Below are positions 36,732 to 49,439 of a DNA stretch of 64,000 bases, one piece after another (positions within the stretch are counted from its first letter, which is position 1; the number at the start of each line of letters is the position of its first letter). Below the pieces are notes generated by a model. The model had not been told where the DNA came from and made no database searches. It saw only the letters and a program-made list of their open reading frames with translations. This stretch comes from Marsupella aquatica (lineage: Eukaryota > Plantae > Marchantiophyta), in assembly GCA_973895155.1 (NCBI GenBank), contig OZ316891.1, forward strand, positions 7,681,808 to 7,745,807, given 5' to 3'. A program made the position numbers and the translations under genes.

Positions 36732-38219
36732 GGTGGAAGGATGTTCAGCAAATCAGCTTCTATATTCGGCTACTTTACACGTCATCTGTTCACGTGGACT
36801 TGACATTGACCAACATCTATTCTCAATGTCAAGGAATAACGAGCTCTCAGTGATAGGTATTGAAAGCTTCGCCCCGGATTTGCTCAACGCAGGTTTGGTC
36901 AAATCTCCCAATCTTGTCAATAATAACTAGCCAATACTTTTTTCCGGATGAACCTTCAAAAGGTTTTAACAAGGAAAGGTCAAGTCAGGAATTGGGATGC
37001 AGAGTTATTAAATTATCACAGGGACAGCCATGGCACATTGTATTCGAAAGACAATGGGTTAGTCAAGCCTTCGAGTCTGTGAAATTTACATTTGAGTACA
37101 GCATTGTTCACAGCTTCCCGCAAATTGTAAGATACGCTTAGGCAAGGTCAATTAGATTCATATGATAAAATTTAGTCCGTGAACAGTAGACTGACCACAG
37201 TTCCATAGAAATAATTCTAGGTTGTAAGATCGCAGCCGATGAGACATTTGAAGTCTGAAGTGGTCACCGAGATGCTCTTTTATACATCTTCTTGAAGGAA
37301 ATGTAGCAATGACATTCCATATTCTAGGACGTAAACTGTAAGAAAGCAAACCGTATCAAAACTCTTACGCATGTGGGTCTAAAATAGACCTAGGTTTCTT
37401 TCGATAGTGATGTGCAGAGGTGGGTCCTGCTGCTATCACTTGACCACAAATTGAGAAGCCTTATATCGTCCTCGCTAACTCGTCTTCGAACGTTCAAATT
37501 AGGGTCATACATCCCATAAAGGTCGGCATTCCGCAAGCATATAGGACCCCCTAACCGTTCTGCCATGGCGGAAAAAGGACATTTGGGTGCAACTTTCATC
37601 AGCCCTTTTATGTCGATCATCGATCATGAAACTTGGAGGCGTGGAAATCTAGCTTGAAATAACCACGTTTTAAAAGTGTCAATTTGTGTTAAAAAACTCC
37701 TCGTCCGATGATTTGAGTTCAGGCACCTAAAAGTTTGATTTGGACGGAGAGTTGTGACAAGGGCGTTTACTTGTTACCTTGTCCCTTGTACCTCAGTGCG
37801 TCCGCTTTTGCCTGTTGTCAATTGATTGAAGTACCTGCGCCGTAGTATAACATTTAGGTACTTTGGTACCTGTTGTGATCAAGACAGATACTCACACTAT
37901 TTAGTAAGACAAGAATGTAACTCAGACCCGGTATAGGTGGTAAATTTCTAGAAGACTGGTGGAGCAATGTCGTAGCTTATTGTTTTATGGTTCCACCCCT
38001 ACCAAGATTGAACAGGTTGCCACTTTTATGGTGGATAGAATAGAACGAAACACAGCAGGACTAGAGTCGGAGGCTCTACATCCTGGCATTTCAGAACCAT
38101 CTTCGTTCGGGTACAGGTAAACGGTTTTTGGTGGCTTCTATGATCAGAACCTGCCCAACTATTTGTAGACAGTAGCTTGAAGCGAATCCAAGGCTTGTAA
38201 TTGCGTTGTCAATGGTGAT

Positions 38220-38455
38220 CATCTGAGATGCCAATAAGACCATTTGCGAGTTTTGCCCGCTGTCAATCTTAAGTCAGTAATCTGAGTAGGAGTCCAGGGG
38301 AGTGTAAAAGAGCACTGTAGATGCTACCTTGGAACACATCTGAGATGCCAATAAGACCATTTGCGAGTTTTGCCCGCTGTCAAACTTAAGTTAGTAATCT
38401 GAGTAGGAGTCCAGGGGGAGTGTAAAAGAGCTCTGTAGATGCTACCTTGGAACAC
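38220..38455. repeat. Tandem duplication, ~117 bp x2, near identical
   Basis: CATCTGAGATGCCAATAAGACC…CCTTGGAACAC occurs twice back to back. Confidence 0.95.
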
Positions 38456-40739
38456 TGAAAGAATGTAGAGCTAGCCAACTGGATCCTTCGAGTTTTTTGT
38501 TCATTATTGTCTCGATACTTCAAGTGGAAGCCTGCAGCACTTGAGGTTTGATCGGTAAGAGGCTTTGGGTACGAAGTTGTAGTAAGGAACGGTAGTTGTT
38601 ACTTCGCATTGGCCAGCTGTTGTAGTGCTACAACTTTTTCAAGTGCACATCAACGGAGTTAATATGAAATGTGAACGTAGCAGGAAATTGCAGACAGGTA
38701 AAAGGAGGTCTATATTGCAAAGCAAACTAGAGTCGACTAATCTTATGCAACCTTTTTGCATTGTAAAGAGGTCCGAAGCCCAATTGCACATACCATCAAC
38801 AACATTTCAAATGTGGATCTGGGTTTGCAGTTGCCACCCGTGAACGAGAGGAGTTAGATCTCAATTTCGCAGTGAAGTTACCTAAAATGAAGAGGAACAC
38901 TAATCATAAATTAAAATAGAAGGAAAATTTAGAAATGAGAATACGTGGGACAAGTAAGCGGTGCCCCTTCAAAGCACAATACAAACACAGAAGGCACCTC
39001 TTCGAGCCCAGGATGATGACCCCATTGTTTTCACATCCACAAAATTACAGTAGTTGCGAAGTCATTGTTAAGTATGTGTGAGAGACACTGACATATGAAT
39101 CAAAAGAAATCTTGAGATAGCATAATTCTGCTTTGATATATGGTCTTAGAAGGGAGTTTCCCACCCTTTCTCGAAGCTGAGGAGATTTGGATTATTTGCG
39201 TATTGATATTTTTTACCTCTTGTTTGATACTTGAAGAAATTGTGTACCAGCATCGTCACCCTCTTTGCTTAATTTGCCTCATTGAAGGTCTTTTGTACCA
39301 AAAACTTTATGATCCGCTATGCATCGTGCTGGAAGAGCATTTCTATCTTCCACTTTGTCTCATACTTGAAGAATTCCTTGAGACATTCTATGATCCTTGG
39401 GGTGTAATGTTACAACCATGAAAAACAAGTAATGAGATTTATTTTTCTCGTTGTATGTTTCCTTAACATTACCTCAAATGTGTGGTTTCAATTAGTCAAA
39501 TTTATTGTATTGCCAGGTAAAAACTGGTGTTGTCAACTTAGAATCACCCTCTTCCCTTTTGCACAATACATCAGTCCAAACTGTCATAGTCACAACCACC
39601 TATCTTTTCCCCTTACTTTGTGCACTAGACTTGCAATCTTCCATCTAATTGTATGGTTGAGACAATTTAGACACACCCATATTGTTTCCTAATCTTGGGA
39701 CTACACTTCAAATCTTTATGTTATCCTATGTTTGAGAAAATTAGAAATTGTCATGTCAGACATGGAGGTTGGTCATAATTCAGAAATTGTGGAGAATAAT
39801 ACCACCAACAAAAATATGATAAATAGAATGCCAAATGAGATTGCCAAAAGAGTCTGACATGAGGAAATCCTCATGTTTGGTGAGACTGTAGTGTCACGAG
39901 CCGCACATTTCTGTCACAAGATATTTATCACTATTTTGCACTTGTGTGTGCAACATGCTATCGATGAGCCAATACAGTGCTTCGTCTGAGTGTCCTAAGT
40001 AAAGTTGTCTTCCAAGACCAAAAATTATCACCCCTAGATTTATTTCATAAAATATTTTGGAAAATCCTGTGCTTCAAATTGGCAAGAATGTGTCCCTCAA
40101 AGTAGCGTAAACGACAGTCAGACCCATGTTAAGATCTGAAGCCCTAAAGCGTTTGTAGTAAGTTGCCATACTTAGAAGAGCTCTACCTGATTGCTATCAC
40201 CACCTCACAAACTGATCAAATCTGTTGTTCGATTCATAATTTGCACATATTCTTAGAAGATGCTCTCTCTTCTAACCATGAGAGCGAGCATTGTTAAGTC
40301 TCACAGCGTAGTCCCCGAACATTGCGAGTGCACCATAATGTCCACACGTTCTCATTCAGTTATATCGACCTCCATATTCATCATCTTAATGGAGGCTGTT
40401 GTGGCATAGATTCTGCACTGCCTTTATTGACTTATTACAAACAGTTTCCACCAACTTTACATCCAAACGAACTTTTCTTTGCGTGCTCTTCAATAACACT
40501 TCTGATCACATTGCCACGATCTTAGTTGCAGTAGATGTTCATAATGTCAAGCTTGAAATGCACGAAATCCAGTGGGAATGTGGGATCTTATCATGTCATG
40601 GATACATAATTATGATAGATGGATTTGTAGTTTTGTACCCACTCAGTTGGCATCGAATTGTAATAATCAACAGCAAAATTAATGCAATCATTAGCGAAGC
40701 TGTTTTCAGAGATTTAAGGAATGAACATTGGAGTTGCAG

Positions 40740-42132
40740 ATGAGTACCGCGTTTCGAAGTACTATGGTACCTTCCGCATCAGCACGGTACTGCATGTCTT
40801 TGTATAAGATTCTTCGACTTGCTTTCGTTTGCGCATTTATGTTGTTGGCAGTATTTGTATTTGTATTACACGGCGTCAACCATGTCATGCTTCCCACAAG
40901 AGCTCTGCCAAAAAACTTCTCAACGCAATCGCCTCTACAAACATTACTCTCTAAAGAACATGCTCTGCAGGAGGAATTCAGGTACACAACCATTTTCGTT
41001 GAACAAAACTCATCTCACATCAAAATGGTATTATCATTGATGACAAGTTTCAAACATGTAGACTAGAGTGTAACCAACCTTTGAACCTATTCATTCATTC
41101 ACAGAATCTGCTCTATACATATTAACATCAGAGTCATGGAGTCTTGGAGCTATCATTGTCAAATACTGGGAGGACTGAAGTGAACGCTGGAGATGGTTTG
41201 GTTAGTGTCATGGTGTCGTAAATGTAACCATTTGATCTCGATCCAAAGCTACCTTTAAGAGCAATGGTCTAGATTGAAAACTCTAGACAGCGACTGTGGG
41301 TTCTAGACTGAACCTCTAGATGGTGACTGGGAAATAACTGAAGTTGAGAGTGCAAAATAGGGGTTAGGGGCAGGGCGAGTCCCTGAAATGGTGCAGTTGA
41401 CTTGAATGTACTCCCCTTATACCTATTTTCACACAGATCCGTGAATTATGGTGATCATACCTTTGATTTCATACTGCACATTGTGGATGTAGGGAAAGTG
41501 ATTATGAAATGCTTGAGGATGTAAACCACTATTCTCACACAGCTCATGAATTATGGTGATCATACCTTTAATTTAATACTCCACATTGTGGATGCAGGGA
41601 AAGTGATTATGAAATGCTTAAGGATGTAAACCATCAATCTACTCTGGAGTTGAGATCCATTGTGATTGCAGAAACAGTTGTGCCATATGAAGATAGAAAA
41701 AAGTTAGCAGATTTTGTCTCTAAACAATTAGAAGCTTCTGACACGTTGAGTTACCTTCAAGCCTCTGCCATAATAACGATGGTGAACTTGGCCCCAACGC
41801 AAGCAAGTGTATCCAAAGAAGAGATAGGCCAATCGGGCTCACTGCGGAACTCAGCAGTGCTGGCCTTAATCAAAAGACATCTGAACAATATCCATTTCAT
41901 GATGATTGGTATTCGGGCGGAGCCACGTCTGGGTTGGAGATGGATTAGTGCCTCAGAACGGAACTCTTGGAACAGTATGTTGTCAAGATTGGTGGCCACC
42001 AAAGTCAGAGTTGAGGCTCAAAATTACTTGTGGCATAGTGGTAATAAGGCCGAAGTTCCGAGTGCAATCCAAGCTAAAGTAGATCACAACATGGCATTGC
42101 AACAACTGCTTCCCGAGAGTTTTAATGTGTAA
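40740..42132 (+). pseudogene. Possible spliced gene or pseudogene of unknown function (N-terminal hydrophobic anchor ORF plus 172-aa ORF)
   Basis: ORF 40728-41066 has a signal-anchor-like segment (ILRLAFVCAFMLLAVFVFVL) and a GT donor at ~41028. ORF 41614-42132 has globular composition. No clean splice model and no recognised domain. Confidence 0.3.
41430..41633. repeat. Tandem duplication, ~105 bp x2
   Basis: CACACAG…TGAATTATGGTGATCATACCTTT…GGATGTAAACCA occurs twice. Confidence 0.9.
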
Positions 42133-43006
42133 ATATATAAAATATCATCACTGGGGTGATCCTCATTTGCTTGAAGTTTAAAAATACACGAGCCTGAAAT
42201 CAATGCCTATTCTTGAATGTTAATAGGAATGATGACAAAAATAGATATGTATGATCATCATTTTGACATACATAATATTTCATTATTCTTTCCATTAACA
42301 TAAATTAGTGGGGTCTAGAGTCACCCTAAGTCATGGTCTAGGGGCTTCACTTTAGAAGTCTAGACCCCAACCCTAGCTTCTCATGGCCATTAGTTCTATA
42401 GATTTCCAACTTTGAAAGTATTCTAAGATAAAATTGGGTCTATGGGGTTGCCAATCACATCGTGGGGTTATCCATATGTTTGGCTCTTGTCCTTAGGACT
42501 TCAGCCTCCATATGGAGCGCACTTCACACATTTGGTCTGTAATTTTCAAGGCTTGGCACAAGAATGAACTATACAGCTGGTGTGCATATCAGATAATGCA
42601 AGCAGAAATGAGTAAAGAAAGTGCCCAAGGGTAGATAGCAGTTTGTGAAAAACAAAAAAATATTTTTGAGTGTACAGGATTGAGTGTTGGAGATGTCCAG
42701 CAAGTCCCCAACTTTTGCCACTACAGAGCTTGCACTTCGAAAATCACACAAAACAATTTTCAGCTCAAAAAAGGATTGATAAGTCAAACAATAAAATGTT
42801 CAGTTTTATAAAACATTTAGCACTCTGTAGATTTTGTGGCTCCCATGAGTGCAAATAAAAACTATATTTGCAGGTCAATAGGAAGTATGGAATTAATCAC
42901 TAAAACCAAGTGGCAAGCTCGGATGTAGAGCAGATGTGTCTGTTTAACTGTTGCTGGGTTATTGCATTTTAATAATTTTGGATGGCCACTGTAGGAAGGA
43001 GCCTAG

Positions 43007-43158
43007 TCAAGTAGTAACTTGCTAGTCTTGAGGATGCACGAGAGGCCAGTTAGGTTGTAAATTGATCTTTGGTGTGCATCAAGTAGCAACTTGTTAGTCT
43101 TTGATGATGCACGAGAGGCCAGTTAAGTTGTACATTGATTTTTGGTGTCCATCAAGTA
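43007..43158. repeat. Tandem duplication, ~72 bp x2
   Basis: TCAAGTAG…GATGCACGAGAGGCCAGTTA…TTGGTGT occurs twice. Confidence 0.85.
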
Positions 43159-45130
43159 CACAAGAGGCCCAGGTAAAAGTACTTATTGGGGCAGAATCAA
43201 CAGGATGCCAGTGAAGAGGACAACTTACTTTGGCCTTTTAAAGAGTGCATCTCTATGTCACACGGTCTATTTTTCATTCAGTAGCTCATGTGTGCTCAGC
43301 AGCCTCAGTGGCAGAGTCTCTGGTTAGGCCTGTCACCGCAGCTGCCCAGCACATTTCCTGAGACTCTATGGAGCAGGAAAAAAAGCTGCTCTGTATGGTA
43401 GTAGTGGACAATGAGCAGGAAGAGAAAAAGAAAAGCTGATTCGATTAGAGCAGCAACGTAAGAGAGAGAGAGAGAGTAAAAGAAAGAGAATAATACAGTA
43501 GTACTTCGTTGCTTGGGAAGGGGTTTTAGCCGTTAATAAATGAGTAAGAAGATCGTGACGGTGAGGGGGGGGGGGGGGGGGGGGTTTAGCCGTTGGTACT
43601 GGTACCTGGCGGGGGATGGAGCCGTTGACAGCCCATCGCGCAGCCGAAGACTTTTTGGGGTATGGGGTTATGGACCTGCGCGTGCTGATGATTCTGCTGT
43701 TGAAAGAGTGCCGACTGATGATGATGTGGGGAGCAAAGTGATGAGAGAGAGAAGACTGGAGAGCATCATTATTTGGGCCCCCCGGGTATCGGGGATCGCG
43801 TTTTTGCGAGTTGTGACTGACGGACTGACTGGGTTTTGTGAAAAGAAAAAATTCCTTCCGTTCGTCGGGGGCTGATCTGATCTGATGATGAGACGTTCTG
43901 TCTGGCAGGCGAATGGGAAAATCGCTGTCTGTGCTGTGCTCTCGGTCGTAGGCTTCTCCTTTGGTTTGTCAGGGCACGTGATCGGGTCGGTTGTAGTCTC
44001 GCTGTTGTTCATTGCAGCGTAGGTGGCGAGGAATTTGATGGCCGGGCGGAGGGCGAGAATTGTGTGCCGCTGTTGTGTTCAGTGTGGAGCTTTGAAGGCG
44101 GCCTGAATCTGACCTCCTCCCCACGTTGTTGATCGATCTTGTCGCTGACATTTTGTTGATGGGTCTCGTTGATTTTTGATGGAAACCAATTTGCGGCGTG
44201 TCATTCCAATTGCTGTCGCTTTCTCTCTCTCTCTTCTACAGTTTCAATTGGCCTGCTGCATTGTTGGCAAACACTGCATTGAGCTTGAGAGTTCGCCGTA
44301 GTTGCTACTGACTGACAAATGGTGAGCAGGAGGGATCATCCCGTGCCGAAAAAGCCTCAGCGGGAGGACCACAGACTTTCACTTCTTCGGCCCTGTTTTG
44401 GGTCATTCAATTGGACTCTAATTCTCGATACTTTAATTCTTTCTCGTCTCTCTTGCATTCGGCGATTGAATTTTGCTTTCTTGTGTAACCTTGTCGACGT
44501 GCCATTTGATTCGTTACGTGTTGAATGGTTTCTCATTCGCACTTGTCCTATTTCTTTGTTCGCCGCATTGAACAGATACTGTTTCGTCTCGGGGCAGGGA
44601 GCTCTCTTTCTTCGGAAACGAGCTGGACATTTGAGGTATGCAACACCTTGACTGGAATTGGTTTTTTCGCCTTCATCATTCGTCACTTGCCTTCGATCTC
44701 GTTTTCCCTGACATCTACATCTCAGGATGTATTTCCAGCAACGAGGAGAATCTACGCCATCGGAGACTTATTTTGGGTTCCATGTCACGTCTCATGTCGT
44801 TCGGTTCACTTCTCGAAGTCGCAGGATGATCTTTCCGACAACTAACCACTCTTTCGGCATGATGTCGTTGTTTTTAGCAGGGAAGGAGGGGAATTTAGTG
44901 GACACCGTTGTCATTCAAGTGAACTGAGCTGAAAGGCACTTACTGATGGCTGTGTGTTGAGTTTTCCGGCAAGTTCAATGTAGTGCTGCTCTCGGCTCTC
45001 CATGCTGTTTGTCCACCGCATGAATGACATTGTCCACCGCATGAATGACATTGTCACCCAAATTTGCAGTCTCCGCGATTTGTGGAAGAAGAGCAAGTCA
45101 CATTTCGTTCCGCGGGATTGCGTTGTCTCC

Positions 45131-46396
45131 ATGACGCTACATCATCATTGCGCCAGAGGCCCAGGAGGAGGAGGAGCGTCCACAACGTCAATACTGTCGC
45201 TGTTCATTTGTACAGTTCTTCTTGCGACTTCAATACCGCTTTCCCAGCAGCAGCAACAGCTCGATTGGGTCGATTTAGAAGCTCTCACGCAAATCCATTC
45301 CGACTTGCAGGACCTCCCTGGCTCCAATTTTTTCACTTCGTGGGACTTCTCACAGGATCCCTGCGGTACTTTCGAGGGGGTGCAATGCTACCCGGTGAAC
45401 GGCAACTTTCGCGTGGCCGTGCTCAATCTTGGGACATCTTCCGGCGGATCGCCGGGCTTGACGGGCTCTCTCTCTCCCTATGTTGGAAACTTGACAGCTC
45501 TAATGCAGCTTTCTCTAGTCCCAGGCTCAGTTGGTGGCTCCATTCCCTCAACTATAAGCTCCCTCTACAACCTCCGCTTTCTCGGCCTCTCCCAAAACCA
45601 CTTGACAGGGAAAATTCCATCATCATTCGCCAACCTCATCAAGTTGCAGAGCCTCATCCTCGATGGAAACTATCTTTCTGGCAGCATTCCTAGCGCACTT
45701 GGGAACCTCCCCTCGCTGAACACTCTCTCTATTGCCAACAATCAATTTTCTGGCAAGATCCCTCATTTCAGTTCTGCTGGTGCTCTGCAACGGATGGACT
45801 TGTCCATCAATCAGCTAGTTGGAAGGATACCGACCCTCCCTGGTGGACTGAACTTCCTTCATCTGGCCGACAATAAACTCGATGGGGATTTGTCTGTCAT
45901 TTCAGGTCTCAGTAATCTGAATTATCTCGATCTGAGTTCCAACCAGCTGTATGGTGAGATCCCCTACCAAGTGTTCTCGTTTCCCCTACAGTATCTGTTG
46001 CTTGACCAAAACCACCTGTCGGGAAAGCTTAGGATACCCAAGCAGAGCAGCATCCAGATGATGGACCTCAGCTACAACAACTTCACAGGTGTAGTGCCTG
46101 ACACTCTAGGAGGTGTGAAGGACCTGTACCTGAACGACAACCGCTTCAGTGGGATGGTCCCTCCTATCTTCACGTCTAATCTGCAAAGTGGCGTGATCGA
46201 GAATCTGCATCTGCAGCATAACTATTTGATTGGATTGACAAACCTCCTAGCAGGAATGAGCCTGCCCTCGCAGGTAACACTTTGCTTTCAATACAACTGT
46301 GGCCTATCACCCCCACAATCGTTATGCCCATCCGACAATGAAGCCCAGCAAACTAGACCTTTGAACGAGTGCTTGGATTCTCGGAATTGGACTTGA
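45131..46396 (+). CDS. Secreted extracellular leucine-rich-repeat protein (LRRNT plus ~10 plant LRRs, no TM or kinase domain), intronless CDS
   Basis: Signal peptide ILSLFICTVLLATSIPLS. LRRNT motif D.EAL…SWDFSQDPC.TFEGVQC. Repeated LxLxxNxLSGxIP. Cys-rich C-cap LCFQYNC…CP…RP..EC. The first likely ATG is at 45131; the frame is open from 45002. Confidence 0.92.
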   Translation: MTLHHHCARGPGGGGASTTSILSLFICTVLLATSIPLSQQQQQLDWVDLEALTQIHSDLQDLPGSNFFTSWDFSQDPCGTFEGVQCYPVNGNFRVAVLNLGTSSGGSPGLTGSLSPYVGNLTALMQLSLVPGSVGGSIPSTISSLYNLRFLGLSQNHLTGKIPSSFANLIKLQSLILDGNYLSGSIPSALGNLPSLNTLSIANNQFSGKIPHFSSAGALQRMDLSINQLVGRIPTLPGGLNFLHLADNKLDGDLSVISGLSNLNYLDLSSNQLYGEIPYQVFSFPLQYLLLDQNHLSGKLRIPKQSSIQMMDLSYNNFTGVVPDTLGGVKDLYLNDNRFSGMVPPIFTSNLQSGVIENLHLQHNYLIGLTNLLAGMSLPSQVTLCFQYNCGLSPPQSLCPSDNEAQQTRPLNECLDSRNWT

Positions 46397-47046
46397 AGAA
46401 AGTACGGGAACCTTTCAAATTGATTGATGAAGCACATTTTCTTGTTAGAAGGTTATGGTAGCGAACAAGGAGGGGGTAGGAGGATCTGGCAGTCTTGTAG
46501 CAGTCTGTTAGGCTCATTGAAATTGATATAAGTCTTCATATTGCTGACTTTGTATAGTAGAACTAAAGTCCTTAGACAAATATATATATGGACAATTGTC
46601 CAAGAATTACTGAGTAAATCATGATGCCGAAATGTAGTGTCAAACTGGAAGTTTAGTTTAGTTATAGTCTCTGAGGAGAACCGGACGATAGTTAAGTATT
46701 GAAGTATCTATCAGTCGACTGTGTATAGTAGAGTATATCATTGGTGAACTATGGACCATTGTCCAAGAATTAGTGTAACATCATCATATCCGAAATACAA
46801 GCTCATAAATCTGCAGCACCTCACCCATTTCCCGAGTAAACTCGAGGTGAAGGACTTCAGAATAACAATTGTTGGCCACTTGGCCTTCGGCATTCAGATT
46901 ACCGAAATCCTCTTCATTCCATGTACTCTTCTTGCCTTGGAGTTCAGAATCGTACAGTCTATCCAATGGTCGTGTTCTCTAGCCAGACGTACTGGCTTGC
47001 TTTGTTTTGTTTTGTTTTGTTTTTCTTTGGGTTTCTTTGCTTGGCT

Positions 47047-47303
47047 GGACCCCCTTTGGCATTTCCTGGACTTAACAGTCCAGCAAGATGCCATGAAGAC
47101 GAAGACTTAACAGGACCCATGTGACTGCCCCCATCTTGCCCAGGTCTGCCCAGGTCTTGGTGACATCTTACTGCCCAGGGCCTGGTTAAGTTCTTGCCCA
47201 GGTCTTGATGGTATCTAGGGTCTGGTTAAGTCCAGGAGATCCAGAGGGGATGCCAGAGGGGATGCCAGAGGGGTCCTGTTAAAGGGGTCCTGTTAAGTCT
47301 TTC
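47047..47303. repeat. Imperfect fold-back/palindromic GC-rich element with internal short repeats
   Basis: CCCCTTTGGCATTTCCTGGACTTAAC pairs with GTTAAGTCCAGGAGATCCAGAGGGG. GAAGACTTAACAGGACCC pairs with GGGTCCTGTTAAGTCTTTC. CCAGAGGGGATG occurs ~3 times. Confidence 0.75.
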
Positions 47304-47613
47304 TTGTGTAAACGTGAAAGCTGGAGTTCCCAATCAAAACAGTTCAGAAAATTTAATGTCTTAGCAACTCTCCGCAGTGTACAACCTCACCGGGTAGTTA
47401 TTTATACACCCGGATCAGAATTTTAACTTATCACCCTCTAATTTTATTTCATATGCTGACATCCATGGTCAGTCACCCCTGTGATTTTATTTTATATATA
47501 GCTAAACACGATTAGCAAAAAGAAATATTTTTTCTTGTTGAAAAACTCAATCCATGGAATTCCTAAAAGGGAGAAAGATAATTAATTTGAGTACCTTTAG
47601 TTATGTCAGCTTG

Positions 47614-47882
47614 TTTTATTGAATTATTTAGAGTCATGAAGAGTTGGACATTGGAATAGATAGATGAGATGACAAATATTAAATAAAATATTCTAAATTG
47701 AAAGAACTTTAAAAATAGTTAGGACAATTTCATTGAAGATAAATAGGTTTTATTGAACTATTTTTAGTCATGAAGAGTTGTACATTAGAATAAATAGATG
47801 ATATGACAAATATTAGACGAAGTATTCTAAATTGAACTGAATTTTAAAGATACTTAGAACAATTTCATTGAAGACAAATAGG
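47614..47882. repeat. Tandem duplication, ~134 bp x2, AT-rich, diverged
   Basis: TTTTATTGAA…AGTCATGAAGAGTTG…CAATTTCATTGAAGA.AAATAGG occurs twice. Confidence 0.85.
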
Positions 47883-48048
47883 AGTTCATTCATGATAATG
47901 CCCAGAGTAATCTCCATGCAAAATGTTTCCCTGGTACATTTATGTCTTTATTTACATGTAACATTCCATAGTTTATGCAATATATTACTTTGTCACTAGT
48001 GTAGTTGAAAGATTTAGAGTAACTTGGTATTCCTCTACCCATAGTAGC

Positions 48049-48241
48049 TATGGTATTTTTTACCTTTACTTGTCATTTCTCTATCCATAATAGTCAAAGT
48101 GTTTCTTAAGTTACCTTGGGTAAATGTTAGAGTAAGTGAAGAGTTATGGTATTTTTTACCTTTACTTGTCATTTCTCTATCCATAATAGTCAAAGTGTTT
48201 CTTAAGTTACCTTGGGTAAATGTTAGAGTAAGTGAAGAGTT
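48049..48241. repeat. Tandem duplication, ~96 bp x2, apparently identical
   Basis: TATGGTATTTTTTACC…GTAAGTGAAGAGT occurs twice. Confidence 0.95.
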
Positions 48242-49439
48242 TATTTATGCCTGTCATTATTTCAAAAATATGTAAATTAAATAGAAATTTTGAAAAGATT
48301 ATCAAAAGACATTGATATATCAATCACAAACCTAAACTTATAATTTTCTTTTACCTCTAATTTACCTTTTTCTTTGCTTACTTGAAATGTTTCTTTTTTA
48401 ATTTTCTCTTCTTTTTACACAAGGCCTTAACTATTTTTGTTTGCCTTGACTCAAACACTAATAGTCAGATTTAGCATCTTTTTCCTTCCCTCCTCAAGGA
48501 GCCTAAACTAAACCCTGTAAGAGTAGCGATTTATATGCCCTTGTCATTGCCACTGACCACTTTGCTAAAAGCGAGTATTACCAGCAATTTTCAGTCTCAC
48601 TAAATAACTGTTCTCTTCCAAGGTGAAAGATATTCGACTTCTATATAGGTTTTTTCTCTTTTCTTTTCATTGAGTGCCAGTCGCACTAAATAACAGTTTC
48701 TCTTCCAAAGGTAAAACATTTTTAGACTTCTAAACAGGTTTTTTTCTTTTCTTTTCTTTTCTTTTCTTTTCTTTGAGTTTCTTTGAGTGACTAAATCACG
48801 AGGCAAACGCGTATCATTCAAAAGGAAAGTACTGTAGCTTACTTTCACTCCGAAGCAATAAATGGACATCAAAAGAATTTCCTACAAACCAAGTGTATGA
48901 GGGGGGTCCACATACAAGGACCAGCACTGCCCAAATGCCGTCGACTAGGCTATATAGACCAACCGTTGTCGGTACTCTAAGCACCTAGCCTGAGAGTTCG
49001 AGTCCATGACCCAGCGAACTCGAGACTTTCATCTTTCAGTGGAGCGAAACTTTTCGTGCAATTCTGCTACTTTTGCTGGACAAATGCTTCAAGAGGCTGC
49101 TTCAGGTAAATAAATAATCGGCTAATCCAAGATTGACCTCCTTATTGAATCCTTACAATAGTAGACCAGGGGACTGTGAGCCGCAGTGGCATTGATACAC
49201 TGGAAATGATGCATAAAACACCTAGGCTAGGCGCAGGTGTGCAGGAACACACCACCCTCATAGAATCTACAGAAAGATTTACAGAAAGTGCTTACAAACA
49301 CGCTTGTAACTATTTGTCTTCAAAGGTCTACTAATTGTGATGTAGTTCTTTGCCTCTGTTTTGGAGTCATCGCGAAATGTTTACCTAAGTTGACATTCTA
49401 AACAATATGCCCCCGCATGCTATTGATATTTCGCATGAA

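Noticed and set aside
43564-43584. Poly-G run as a functional G-quadruplex
   Set aside because: A simple homopolymer whose length is error-prone, with no supporting evidence.
45002-46396. Calling the LRR gene TMM, PGIP or a receptor kinase
   Set aside because: No transmembrane or kinase domain follows, and orthology cannot be assigned by eye, so no symbol is given.
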